From contig CAVULX010000004.1 in the NCBI GenBank assembly GCA_963742415.1, positions 512,001 to 576,000 on the forward strand: 64,000 nucleotides of DNA. Direction: 5' to 3'. How positions within the stretch are numbered: position 1 is the stretch's first letter; every line of letters begins with the position of its first letter. This stretch comes from an uncultured Parachlamydiaceae bacterium. GTDB taxonomy: Bacteria; Chlamydiota; Chlamydiia; Chlamydiales; Parachlamydiaceae. The position numbers and the translations under genes were made by a program. Below the pieces are notes generated by a model that did no database searches, was not told the DNA's origin, and was given only the letters and a program-made list of their open reading frames with translations. Below, one piece after another: positions 20,577 to 30,038 of this stretch.

Positions 20577-21592
20577 GAAAGGGCGTAAAACATTCCGGAG
20601 GCAAGGATGGCTGTGGCTGGGATCGTAAAAATCCAGGCCCAAACGATATTAGCAGCAACGCCCCATCTCACGCTGGAGATTTTGTTATTTAAAGATCCCA
20701 CCCCAACAATAGCTCCTGTAATTGTATGGGTGGTTGAAACGGGAATCCCTGCATGCGAGGCGAAAAAGAGTGTCAGAGCGCCTGCTGCTTCTGCACAAAA
20801 TCCCCCAATGGGCCTGAGCTTTGTGATTCTCATCCCCATGGTTTTGACAATGCTCCATCCCCCCAAAGCTGTTCCAATAGCCATAGCGGAATTACAAGAA
20901 ATAATGATCCATGAAGTTTCCGGATTAAATAATGAAAGGGGAGTAGTGGCAGAAATAGTTCCGGCTCCAAGGAGGAGAGCCATAATGAGTCCCATCGTTT
21001 TTTGAGCATCGTTGGCGCCATGCCCAATCGAATACAAAGCCGCGGACAGAAGCTGCCCTTTTCGAAATAAGTTATTCACTTTGGCCGGCCGCCACCTTCT
21101 AAACAGCCAATAAAGCAGCAGCAAAAAAGAGAAACCGAGAACAAAGCCCATGATAGGGGCAGCTATAATAAATACGAAGGTGTTGACCAACATTTCCCAC
21201 CGGATCGCATCCCAACCTCCATTAGCAATGCCAGATCCTACAAAACCTCCGATGAGGGCATGAGAAGAACTTGTAGGAAGGCCGAACCACCAGGTTAAGA
21301 GATCCCAGATAATGGCGCTCAAGAGTCCTATGAGGACCACATAAACATAGGTAAAATCGGAAACTTCTATTTTGACGATTTTAGAAATCGTTTCAGCTAC
21401 TCGAGGAAGAAAAAATACCATCGCGATAAAATTAAAGCCAGCAGCCCAAAGAACCGCAAATTTTGGCTTTAGCACCCCTGTCGATACAATGGTAGCGATG
21501 GAATTGGCTGCATCGTGAAAGCCGTTTACGAGGTCGAAAATGAGCGCTATAACGATTGCGGCAATCAAAATAGAGATCGAAAAGGTGATCAT
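20564..21592 (-). CDS. pit: Inorganic phosphate transporter, PiT family
   Basis: NGFHDAANSIAT, PTSSSHAL, HGANDAQKTMG and PVSTTH motifs. Confidence 0.93.
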   Translation of the reverse strand: MITFSISILIAAIVIALIFDLVNGFHDAANSIATIVSTGVLKPKFAVLWAAGFNFIAMVFFLPRVAETISKIVKIEVSDFTYVYVVLIGLLSAIIWDLLTWWFGLPTSSSHALIGGFVGSGIANGGWDAIRWEMLVNTFVFIIAAPIMGFVLGFSFLLLLYWLFRRWRPAKVNNLFRKGQLLSAALYSIGHGANDAQKTMGLIMALLLGAGTISATTPLSLFNPETSWIIISCNSAMAIGTALGGWSIVKTMGMRITKLRPIGGFCAEAAGALTLFFASHAGIPVSTTHTITGAIVGVGSLNNKISSVRWGVAANIVWAWIFTIPATAILASGMFYALSYFF

Positions 21593-21596
21593 GAAT

Positions 21597-22226
21597 TTAA
21601 ACGTACTCCAATATTATCCCTTCGACTATATTGACCACTTTGTGGCAATGATCGATCGCATCTTCTAGGATTTCATAAATTTCTTTTAGTTTGATGAGGA
21701 ACCTTGTATCGTGCTCTTCATCAAAAAGTTTGCCGATGGCATTTCTCACGACGATATCCCCCTCTGATTCCAGGTTGCGCACGAGGCGGCAATTCACTTT
21801 GATGATCTCCACATTATTCAAATTGCGGATCCCTTGAACCGCGAGGGCCATTTTATCGACAGCTCGAAATAAAATTTGCGACATTTTTTTCAATTCTTCT
21901 GTTGTTTTTTCGATTTTATAAATCACAAGGCAGTCCGCGGCATTATCTACACAATCGATGATGTCATCCATGCCTGAAATCAGGCGAAGGATATCTTCAC
22001 GATCGATAGGAGTGATGAAGGTCTTATGCAAGGCTTCCACACATTCGTGCACAATATTATCTGCATGATGCTCCCACTCCCGGAACTTTTGTGCATCTCT
22101 GAAATTGATAAGGTTGTTGCTGGACACCAGCTCTTGAAATTCTTGAGTGGCTTGAATAATGATGGCAGCGTGCTGGTCGAAGAGGTTAAAAAAATTATTG
22201 TCTTTTGGAAGAAATTTACCAAACAT
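21597..22226 (-). CDS. DUF47 / PhoU-like phosphate transport regulator
   Basis: EHHAD, FITPIDREDI and LEDAIDHC motifs; directly upstream of pit. Confidence 0.9.
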   Translation of the reverse strand: MFGKFLPKDNNFFNLFDQHAAIIIQATQEFQELVSSNNLINFRDAQKFREWEHHADNIVHECVEALHKTFITPIDREDILRLISGMDDIIDCVDNAADCLVIYKIEKTTEELKKMSQILFRAVDKMALAVQGIRNLNNVEIIKVNCRLVRNLESEGDIVVRNAIGKLFDEEHDTRFLIKLKEIYEILEDAIDHCHKVVNIVEGIILEYV

Positions 22227-22338
22227 AATTATAACAATCTCAACGGATCTATTTCTAACTTTATATATTGTTGCTTTAAAACCACATAAAAAAAACTTAC
22301 CGGTTCGCTGGTTTTTTTTAGATTTTTTTGCAGCGGGG

Positions 22339-22394
22339 TTGACTTTTATTCTAATATGAATTATTATTCACTTTTAAATGAATAAATATTCAAA
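22339..22394 (+). promoter_or_regulatory. Sigma70-type promoter overlapped by two ARG boxes
   Basis: TTGACT(22339)-17 bp-TATTAT(22362); TGAATTATTATTCA (22357-22370) and TGAATAAATATTCA (22379-22392). Confidence 0.85.
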
Positions 22395-22402
22395 GGAAAT
22401 TT

Positions 22403-22864
22403 ATGAATCAGAAAAGATCCACAGACAGGCACGAAGCTATCAAAGAGCTAGTCAAAAAACGGGCCATTTCAGATCAAAAGCAGCTCGTAGAGCTGCTTAA
22501 AAAGCAGTATCAGATTGAAGCCAATCAGGCGGTCGTTTCGCGCGACTTGCGGAAGCTTGGCATCGTCAAGAAAGTGGTCAAAGGTGTCTTAGCCTATGAA
22601 CTGCCTGATATCGATGTGGCAACGGAAATTCTAAGGCTGGCGCTGGTGGACATTATTTACAATGAATCGATGATCGTCATTAAGACACATCCTGCATTAG
22701 CCGATTTTGTTGGGGATTGTGTCGATCAGCATGACGACTTGGATGTTTTAGGCTGTTTGTCCGGCGAAAACGTGGTGTTTGTGGCTCCAAAGTCGGTTAA
22801 AAATATTCGTAAAACCTACGAAAAAATTTGTGAGAAATTTCAATTTAAAAAAGAAGGTTTTTAA
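22403..22864 (+). CDS. argR: Arginine repressor
   Basis: Q..LV..L, QAVVSRDLRKLG.VK, VIKTHP and GCLSGENVVFV motifs. Confidence 0.88.
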   Translation: MNQKRSTDRHEAIKELVKKRAISDQKQLVELLKKQYQIEANQAVVSRDLRKLGIVKKVVKGVLAYELPDIDVATEILRLALVDIIYNESMIVIKTHPALADFVGDCVDQHDDLDVLGCLSGENVVFVAPKSVKNIRKTYEKICEKFQFKKEGF

Positions 22865-22866
22865 AA

Positions 22867-23595
22867 ATGTATAAAAATATATTACTCCTAATTTTATGTT
22901 TCAGTTTTTCTTTGCTGCAAGGAAAAGAGAGCCCTAATTCCCTCCTTGTTGGTACAAATGCGGAATTCCCCCCATTTTGCTACATCGAGAATAAGGAAAT
23001 TGTGGGCTTTGACATCGATGTCGCCAAAGAGGTGGCTCGCAGGCTTGGCAAACAAATTAAATTCAAAGACATGCCATTTGACGCTTTGATTCCAGACGTT
23101 GTCTTGGGACATGTGGATTTTGTAGCCGCGGGATTGAGTTATACCGAAGAGCGAGCCAAACGGGTTTCATTTACAAAATCTTACTTGTCTGAAGATCCAT
23201 TGGCGCTATTGACCTCCTCTCAGCATTCCTTAGGTATGGATAATCTCAAAGGGAAGACAGTCGTGGTTGTGGAAGGATTCACAGCTGACTTTCTGATGAC
23301 CTCCAAGGAGGGGATCAATCTAATACGCCTCGGCAATCAGACGGACGGCTTTATGGCTATTAAAAGCGGACGAGCCGATGCCTTTGTGACAGCTAAAAGC
23401 ACCGTAGACGCATTTTTTGAACTGCAAGACCCCTCCTTATTTGCTGTGAAGGATATTGAAGGCACAGGGGAAACATGCGCTTTGGTTGTTCCCAAGAGCA
23501 AGCCCAAAATGTTGCGTGATATTCAGCAAGCTTTGGATTCCATGGAAGCAGATGGAACGATTAACCAATTGAAAACCAAATGGAAGTTGCGATGA
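22867..23595 (+). CDS. Polar amino acid (probably arginine) ABC transporter substrate-binding protein
   Basis: GTNAEFPPF, GFDID and TEERAKRVSF motifs; signal peptide. Confidence 0.9.
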   Translation: MYKNILLLILCFSFSLLQGKESPNSLLVGTNAEFPPFCYIENKEIVGFDIDVAKEVARRLGKQIKFKDMPFDALIPDVVLGHVDFVAAGLSYTEERAKRVSFTKSYLSEDPLALLTSSQHSLGMDNLKGKTVVVVEGFTADFLMTSKEGINLIRLGNQTDGFMAIKSGRADAFVTAKSTVDAFFELQDPSLFAVKDIEGTGETCALVVPKSKPKMLRDIQQALDSMEADGTINQLKTKWKLR

Positions 23596-24248
23596 TTGAC
23601 CTAAATCTCATTTGGGATTCTTTGCCCAGTCTTTTGCACGGCACAAGGATCAGTTTGCAGATCACGCTTGTTGCGGCCTTTATTGGCTTTGTTTTTGGCT
23701 CGTTTTTTGGCTTGGCTGAAACAGCCAAGTCATCCCTGATCCGTTTCGCCATAGGGGCCTATGTGACGTTATTTCGCGGGACGCCGATGCTGGTGCAAAT
23801 ATTGTTTGTGTATTATGTCCTTCCTCAATTTGGGCTCATGATAGCCCCTTTTTGGGCGGCCAGCTTAGCGATTGGTTTGAACAGTTGCGCCTACATCAGC
23901 CAGATTATCCGTACAGGGATAAATGCAGTCCCGAGGGGGCAAATTGAAGCTGCCTATATGCTTGGTTTTACCGCATTAAAAACGAAGCGTTATATTATTT
24001 TTCCACAGGCGTTTCGGGTGGCGTTGCCGGCCCTGGGCAATGAGTTGATCACTCTTGTGAAGGATTCGAGTCTGGCTTCTATCATAGGAGTCATGGAACT
24101 CTCTAAGGAGGCTTCGATTATCCGAAGCAGGACTTACGACGCATTTTCGATCCTCTTGGCAGTATCGGTGATTTATTTGATCCTGACAGCCACGGTATCT
24201 TTTTGCGTCAAAAAATATGAAGCGAGATTAGGAAGAAAACATGCTTAG
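23592..24248 (+). CDS. Amino acid ABC transporter permease (GlnP/HisM family)
   Basis: FRGTPMLVQ, GQIEAA and LVKDSSLAS motifs; ATGA overlap at 23592. Confidence 0.92.
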   Translation: MIDLNLIWDSLPSLLHGTRISLQITLVAAFIGFVFGSFFGLAETAKSSLIRFAIGAYVTLFRGTPMLVQILFVYYVLPQFGLMIAPFWAASLAIGLNSCAYISQIIRTGINAVPRGQIEAAYMLGFTALKTKRYIIFPQAFRVALPALGNELITLVKDSSLASIIGVMELSKEASIIRSRTYDAFSILLAVSVIYLILTATVSFCVKKYEARLGRKHA

Positions 24249-24960
24249 AATCGGTCATTTATCAAAGACAATTCGTAATAAAAAAATTTTAACTGATTTG
24301 AATTTCGAAATTGATCATGGACAAGTTGCCATTTTTTTAGGGGAGTCGGGCGTCGGGAAATCAACGTTGTTGCGCGTGCTCAATAATTTGGACAGTTATG
24401 ATACCGGCACATTTTGCTTGGATGGTGAAAACTTAGACTTAGCACAAGCGAACCATCGACATCTCATAGGGATGGTGTTTCAGCACTTTAATTTGTTTGA
24501 GCATTTAAGCGTTGAAGATAATATTATTCTCACATTGACGGTGAGTAAAAAGATGGACAAAAAGAGGGCCAAGGATATTGCGGACCATCTTCTTCACCGT
24601 TATGGACTTCAGGACCATTCTAAAGCAAGTATCTCCCATTTGTCTGGAGGGCAAAAGCAGCGTTTGGCTATTGCAAGAACGCTGGCTCTAGATCCAAAAA
24701 TTGTGTGCTTAGATGAACCTACATCTGCCTTAGACCCTCGGCTAACAAGCCAAGTAGCCAAATTTATTGCAGAACTTGCGACGGAAAATCGAATTGTCAT
24801 CTTAACAACCCACGACATGAGCTTAGTCGAGCAGTTGGAAGGCTATTTATTTTTAATGGAAGGGGGCTCGATTGTAGAAAGGGCCTCAAAAAATGAATGT
24901 CATGGCAATTCTACACTCTATCCCAAACTGCAGGCATATTTGGAGTGTAACACTATTTAA
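24241..24960 (+). CDS. Amino acid ABC transporter ATP-binding protein (GlnQ-like)
   Basis: GESGVGKS, GMVFQHFNLF, LSGGQKQR and DEPTSALDP motifs. Confidence 0.92.
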   Translation: MLRIGHLSKTIRNKKILTDLNFEIDHGQVAIFLGESGVGKSTLLRVLNNLDSYDTGTFCLDGENLDLAQANHRHLIGMVFQHFNLFEHLSVEDNIILTLTVSKKMDKKRAKDIADHLLHRYGLQDHSKASISHLSGGQKQRLAIARTLALDPKIVCLDEPTSALDPRLTSQVAKFIAELATENRIVILTTHDMSLVEQLEGYLFLMEGGSIVERASKNECHGNSTLYPKLQAYLECNTI

Positions 24961-25000
24961 TCGCCGGTTGTTTCATTAAGTATTTAAGTAATATAAATCC

Positions 25001-25029
25001 TTGACAAATAGATATAAATTTAGTATAAT
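25001..25029 (+). promoter_or_regulatory. Perfect consensus sigma70/sigma66 promoter
   Basis: TTGACA (25001-25006), 17 bp, TATAAT (25024-25029); implies the true start is ATG 25061. Confidence 0.85.
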
Positions 25030-25060
25030 TTTTTTTTATAATAAAACTATATACTTCTTT

Positions 25061-27412
25061 ATGAATAATTTTATATCGTCTGTAACAAAAAACCAAAATT
25101 CAAATTTTTTATCTTTTTTAAATAAAACTATTGGGATGCTCAAAAATCGTCTTGTTCGCCTTATTTCCTCTTCTAACCAGTCGAGTAGCATTAGACGAAT
25201 AGCAGGCGCAGCTTTAATCATTTTCCCCCTCTTGATCGGAGGAACTTTGATCGCTTTAAAATATCGAAACATTCGACAACGTAATGATATAAGCAAAAAA
25301 AAAGATGATGCGTTCTCACCGAATCCTAAAAACAAGGCTGGCGTAGAAACGGACAATATAAATAAGAATCTAAATGATACGGGAAATGTTATACAAACAG
25401 TGAACCAAGAAGACAAACAGGGAAATTTAACTATAAATGAAAGCGAAGATACTTCTGTGGTTGGAACCGAAGGTACTTCATCTGACAATGTCAGTAATGG
25501 AAATAATAAAGAAGAAGTAGAGCAATTTTTCGAACAAAAAGGGACCGAGTTTCATAAATTATATGGAAACAACTTATATGAAAACCAAAACGAAAGTTTT
25601 AACGAGCAGATCGAAAATTTTGTCTCAATGGGAGGGGTCTTTCAAATTATTATTGATGGATCAAAAACACATCCAAAAAGTGTTTCTGATGAGCTTGGTT
25701 TGAATAATGATTCTCCTTCAATGACTTTTACCAAAGAGGGGATTAGGCGAGATTCGAATTCCCTGTTTTCAAAGAAAGATACTTTTATTGCTTGTTGCAC
25801 ACAGGGACAAAATCGCTCACAGATAGCTGCAATCCTATTAGAAGAGCAAGGATATACTGTGGAAGAAGGCGTAATAGGTGTAAATGGTCCTATAGATCCG
25901 GGCTGTACATTTTGGACGATTGAACATTTTTCTGACGAGTCACAAACGAACTTCAAAAAGGCTTTTAATAACAGAAAAAGAAAACCGTTGATAGAAATGA
26001 ATTGGTATCCGGCGGAAGCCAAAGAAAAGTATGATAACAAAAAATCTTCATGCTATTTTTCTGGTTCAAATCCAGAAATATTTGCTGAACAGAGAAAGAA
26101 ATGGGTCGAGTATTTTGATGATTTAAAACCTCACCATTTTGTATGTTTTACCGGCTTTCAAATCGTAATGGAGCGCCTTTTAGCAAGAAAAGAAAATGAT
26201 TTGACAGGCTTCAAAGTTACCTTCATGGATCATCTAGACACTATTTCTGCTCATCCCGGTATTCTTAAGAATCATTATCCTGCTCTTCTTAAGGATTATC
26301 CGGATGAATACTCTAAAGATAATACCTATTCTGTTAAGAGATTCACGTCCTTTAAAGAAAGACTTAGCAAACAATTAGCTGGCAACAAAGCTAAGGACAA
26401 AACTGAAGCGGATAATATAAATCAGACTCAAAAGGTAAATGTGGTTGTTGATGAACAAAAAAAAGTGATCCTAGAAGTCGAACAGCAAAAATCAATTGTA
26501 AATGGAAGCGAAGGTGCTTCTATAAATAGAGGCGAAGGTACTTCATCTGGCAATGTCAGTAATGGAAATAACAGTGAAGTAGAGCAATTTTTCAAAGACG
26601 AAAAGAAAGGGGAAGCGTTTTATAAATTATATGGAACGAAAAGCACACCTCTTTCAAACGAACATATTCAAGACTTTGTCTCACGAGGGGGAGTCTTTCA
26701 AATTATTATTGATGAATCAAAAACATATCCAGAAAACGTTTCTCCTGAACTTGGTTTGAATAAAGATTCTCCTTCAATGACTTTCGCCAAAGAGGGGATT
26801 AGTCGAGATTCGAAATCCCTGTTTTCAAAGAAAGATACTTTTATTACTTGTTGCACACAGGGACAAAATCGCTCACAGATAGCTGCAATCCTATTAGAAG
26901 ATCAAAAATGTAAAGTGGAAGGCGTAATATGTGCAAAATGTCCTATAGATCCGAACTGTACAGATTGGACAATTGATTATCCTACTCCCGAGTCACGAGA
27001 CAACTTCAAAGGGGCTTTTAATGACAGAGCAAGAAAACCTTTGGTAGGAATGGAGTGGTTTCCGGAGGAAGACAGAGAAGAGTATAATAAACAAGAACCT
27101 CTATGGTATCTTTGTGATGAAGAACGAGGAACACAAATAATTGAAAAACAGAAAGAACAATGGGCCAATTATTTTAATGAGATAAAACCGCGTCATTTTG
27201 TATGTTTTAATGGATTTGAAAACGTAATGCTGCGCCTTTTAAAAGAAAAAAAGGATTTGACGGGCTTTAAAATTACCTTCATGGATTACTCAGACACTAT
27301 TTCTCTCAATGTGCCTGCATATCCAGTTGAATTCTCTAAATGGAATACTTACTCTGTTAAGCGATACACGTCCTTTAAAGAAAGACTCAGCAAACAATTA
27401 GTCGTTACATAA
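25061..27412 (+). CDS. Membrane-anchored protein with two tandem CX5R (phosphatase-like) domains
   Basis: TM IAGAALIIFPLLIGGTLIAL; duplicated ~290-aa domain, each copy with CCTQGQNRSQ. Confidence 0.75.
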   Translation: MNNFISSVTKNQNSNFLSFLNKTIGMLKNRLVRLISSSNQSSSIRRIAGAALIIFPLLIGGTLIALKYRNIRQRNDISKKKDDAFSPNPKNKAGVETDNINKNLNDTGNVIQTVNQEDKQGNLTINESEDTSVVGTEGTSSDNVSNGNNKEEVEQFFEQKGTEFHKLYGNNLYENQNESFNEQIENFVSMGGVFQIIIDGSKTHPKSVSDELGLNNDSPSMTFTKEGIRRDSNSLFSKKDTFIACCTQGQNRSQIAAILLEEQGYTVEEGVIGVNGPIDPGCTFWTIEHFSDESQTNFKKAFNNRKRKPLIEMNWYPAEAKEKYDNKKSSCYFSGSNPEIFAEQRKKWVEYFDDLKPHHFVCFTGFQIVMERLLARKENDLTGFKVTFMDHLDTISAHPGILKNHYPALLKDYPDEYSKDNTYSVKRFTSFKERLSKQLAGNKAKDKTEADNINQTQKVNVVVDEQKKVILEVEQQKSIVNGSEGASINRGEGTSSGNVSNGNNSEVEQFFKDEKKGEAFYKLYGTKSTPLSNEHIQDFVSRGGVFQIIIDESKTYPENVSPELGLNKDSPSMTFAKEGISRDSKSLFSKKDTFITCCTQGQNRSQIAAILLEDQKCKVEGVICAKCPIDPNCTDWTIDYPTPESRDNFKGAFNDRARKPLVGMEWFPEEDREEYNKQEPLWYLCDEERGTQIIEKQKEQWANYFNEIKPRHFVCFNGFENVMLRLLKEKKDLTGFKITFMDYSDTISLNVPAYPVEFSKWNTYSVKRYTSFKERLSKQLVVT
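25468..27401 (+). repeat. Intragenic direct duplication (25468-26378 and 26533-27401)
   Basis: Both copies begin CGAAGGTACTTCATCTG and end CTTTAAAGAAAGACT.AGCAAACAATTAG, with near-identical central blocks. Confidence 0.92.
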
Positions 27413-27565
27413 TTTTCTTGCTGGCTAAACCGGCAACCATTCTTAAAAATTCAAGCCCCGTTACGATGTCGGCTCCCCAAATTTTTTCGAAAGTGATCTA
27501 TTTAAATTGAAGAAAAACAAGTTCGAACAGTATATTGCGACTTAATTTTTTCAAAAGGTGAGCCC

Positions 27566-28415
27566 ATGTCTATGTATGTTAGATTGACTCCAACTGCATC
27601 GCTAGTACTGGATAATAAAGCATTTATATGTCCAAATAACAATGGAAATCCTTATCTTTCTGTTCTTCATACACAGGCAAAGGTGGGGGTGTATATAAAA
27701 GAGGGGGGATTTTCAGCGCTTTGCTACTCCTTCTCAAAAGCTTTTCCATCAGGTTGGAAAGAAGTTACCATCGAAATAAAAGGGGAATCACACACATTAT
27801 TGATCGATATAGATGATCTTAAGCTTACAAAAAATTTTATTATTCTAAATATGTTTCAAAAAGCGTTAATAGATTTATATAAAAATTCCCCTGAAAAGTC
27901 TAAAGAGCTTAGGAATAATTTAAACATCCCCTTTATCACTTTCGAAGAGGCTATAAGTTACGAAACCCTCGCTACAATTAATGTTAAAGTTAGGCCAGGC
28001 AAGGTATCTTTTGATGATTTAGAGAATCCTGTTTCAAAGGGGTTGATCCCTTGCTCCAAAAAAAATAAAAAAAATCGGAGCTATGTGTTGATAAAAGTTG
28101 TAAAACAAGATCAACCAACGGTGAAGAGTGTTATTCGATTTGTGCAGAGGAGAGATAGGATGTGGGAACAGATCGAGAAACCAAAGGAACCATTTCCCCC
28201 TATTTTTTTTAACTCTTCCTTTTACAGATAAGGAAGGTATTGTTTTTGGTTCTTGTGAAAAAAAAATCCTTGCGATTGCGGAGATGCTCAAGGGAAAGGC
28301 TTATATCCGTGGGCAAAATGAGTGGAAATTAGCTCCACGAAGTACACCAAAGGAAGATAAGTGGGCCAAAGTGGAATTTAGTGAAGTGAAGGGGGAAAAG
28401 TTGAAGGTGGATTAA
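27566..28415 (+). CDS. Hypothetical protein, one +1 frameshift near 28220
   Basis: ORF 27566-28231 joins the frame ending at 28415 if one T is removed from CCTTTTAC. Confidence 0.55.
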
Positions 28416-28545
28416 CATATCTTCTATAAAAAATTTAACGCAGAGACGGAGAGCCGGGGAGACGCAGAGGTAATCGAGAAATCCCTCTGCGTCTCCCCGG
28501 CTCTCCGTCTCTGCATTAAATTTTTTATAGATAGATATGTTAATC
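28410..28545. repeat. 136-bp inverted repeat (about 61-bp arms, 13-nt loop) with 8-bp periodic units
   Basis: 28410-28470 pairs with 28484-28545 with one mismatch and one extra base. Confidence 0.96.
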
Positions 28546-28553
28546 AGCGTCGA

Positions 28554-30038
28554 CTAAGTCGGGTTTAGGTCGGGCAATTTTTCGTTTTTGTTTTTTATGG
28601 GGGATTTTTTCTTTATTGGGCGCGGCTCCTGTTCAATTGGAACTATATTTTTTAGCTCCTTACTAAGCCGCAAAAGCTTTTTCTTCAAACTGACTCCCCA
28701 AACTATAGCAGCTGCAAGCAAAATAGCTAATCCCGCAATTAGGGCATAGAGAATATGCGAAAAATCTTTTGCCTCTCCCTGTGGTTTTGAATGGGTCTGA
28801 GCTATTTCCTGCTGCTGCTCACCGGAACTTTGCTGCTTATTTGCGGCTGCAGGCAAAACTTGCAAAGTCCGCGCTGGGACTGTAGCATAGACCTTTTCTT
28901 TCTTATCGACATTCCACCAAGCTATGGAAATCTCCGGCAAAGTGAGCGTTCCAGGTTGTTGAGGGATAATCGTATATTGTTCTTTCCGATAGCTTTTAAT
29001 CTTGTCCCCATGCACGTCATCTCCCATTTCTGGCTTATCCACGTAGATTTTGAAAAGGTCGCTTTTCTGCAAGTCGCTTAAGCTTGGAAGCTGGTTCGAT
29101 TTAATTCCATCGGCGGCAATTGTCAAACTGCGCGTAAAAGGATCCCCCACTTTTAATTGCTGGGGTTCATTCCAAACCTCTTCCATCTTCACCGATTTTG
29201 CTGGCAGCCAGGGAGTCATGTTGGGGGGTGGAGGTTGTATATCCAAAACGACTTCTTCTGTGGCCAAAGCAAAAGGTTGCAGATGGTCGAACCCTTGCAT
29301 GATAGAAAAAGGATCAAAGTCATCGTCGAAAAATCCACGGCGGCTTTTTCTTTTAATTGGAATAGCCCCTTGGATAAATACGGAGGGAATTTTTAAAGAG
29401 CCTGCTTTGAGGGGGGTAATGAGATAGCTAAACTCGACCACTTCGACGGGGATTCCGTCGACAATTTTTTCATATATTTTTGGTTCCCCATTGGGTTCGA
29501 TCATCCCATCTTCGAGGTTGATTTTCTGCATTTTGATATTCACTAACTCTTGTTTTGAGATTAGCCTGACAGTGTAAATTAAGGGTTCGTTTTTGTAGGG
29601 CTTAGCGTTACTTACATCGGTGGTGAGATGCACTCCTTGAGCGTTGCCGCTATTTGAAGAGGAGGAAGAGCCTCCTTTGGCGACCTGAATTTTGATCGGT
29701 TGGCTAGACAAGGGTCCATTCGAAGTGTCGATAGAGAGCGAAGGGATGCTGATTTCTCCCTCATGCTGAGGGAGGAGGCTATATTTCCATGTCGTGCTCA
29801 AAGTGACCTTACCATTCGTAATGACTGTATTGGAGGATTGGTGTTGAGAGCCAACGAGAAACGAATTTCTTAATGAATCGATCGATGGGACCCCTTTAGC
29901 AGTGCCGTTTTTTAGCGTTAAAGTTAGAGTCAAGCTTTCGCCAAGATTGACCTGATTGTGGCTGATGGCGGCTGTAAATTCACCTGAAAACAGAAAAAGG
30001 GGAAACATTAGAAGCAAGAAGATGTACTTAATTACCAT
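28554..30038 (-). CDS. batD: BatD family protein
   Basis: Signal peptide, repeated Ig-like P...G.L.IP motifs, WLPA, WWN and a C-terminal TM; last gene of the MoxR/VWA operon. Confidence 0.82.
   Translation of the reverse strand: MVIKYIFLLLMFPLFLFSGEFTAAISHNQVNLGESLTLTLTLKNGTAKGVPSIDSLRNSFLVGSQHQSSNTVITNGKVTLSTTWKYSLLPQHEGEISIPSLSIDTSNGPLSSQPIKIQVAKGGSSSSSNSGNAQGVHLTTDVSNAKPYKNEPLIYTVRLISKQELVNIKMQKINLEDGMIEPNGEPKIYEKIVDGIPVEVVEFSYLITPLKAGSLKIPSVFIQGAIPIKRKSRRGFFDDDFDPFSIMQGFDHLQPFALATEEVVLDIQPPPPNMTPWLPAKSVKMEEVWNEPQQLKVGDPFTRSLTIAADGIKSNQLPSLSDLQKSDLFKIYVDKPEMGDDVHGDKIKSYRKEQYTIIPQQPGTLTLPEISIAWWNVDKKEKVYATVPARTLQVLPAAANKQQSSGEQQQEIAQTHSKPQGEAKDFSHILYALIAGLAILLAAAIVWGVSLKKKLLRLSKELKNIVPIEQEPRPIKKKSPIKNKNEKLPDLNPT

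Noticed and set aside
25001..25060. TTG start and N-terminal extension of the 803-aa ORF
   Set aside because: The TTG is the -35 box of a consensus promoter; ATG 25061 is the plausible start.
28410..28545. Integron attC site
   Set aside because: Ends GATTAAC/GTTAATC do not match RYYYAAC/GTTRRRY, the would-be unpaired spacer is fully paired, and there is no cassette array or integrase in the window.
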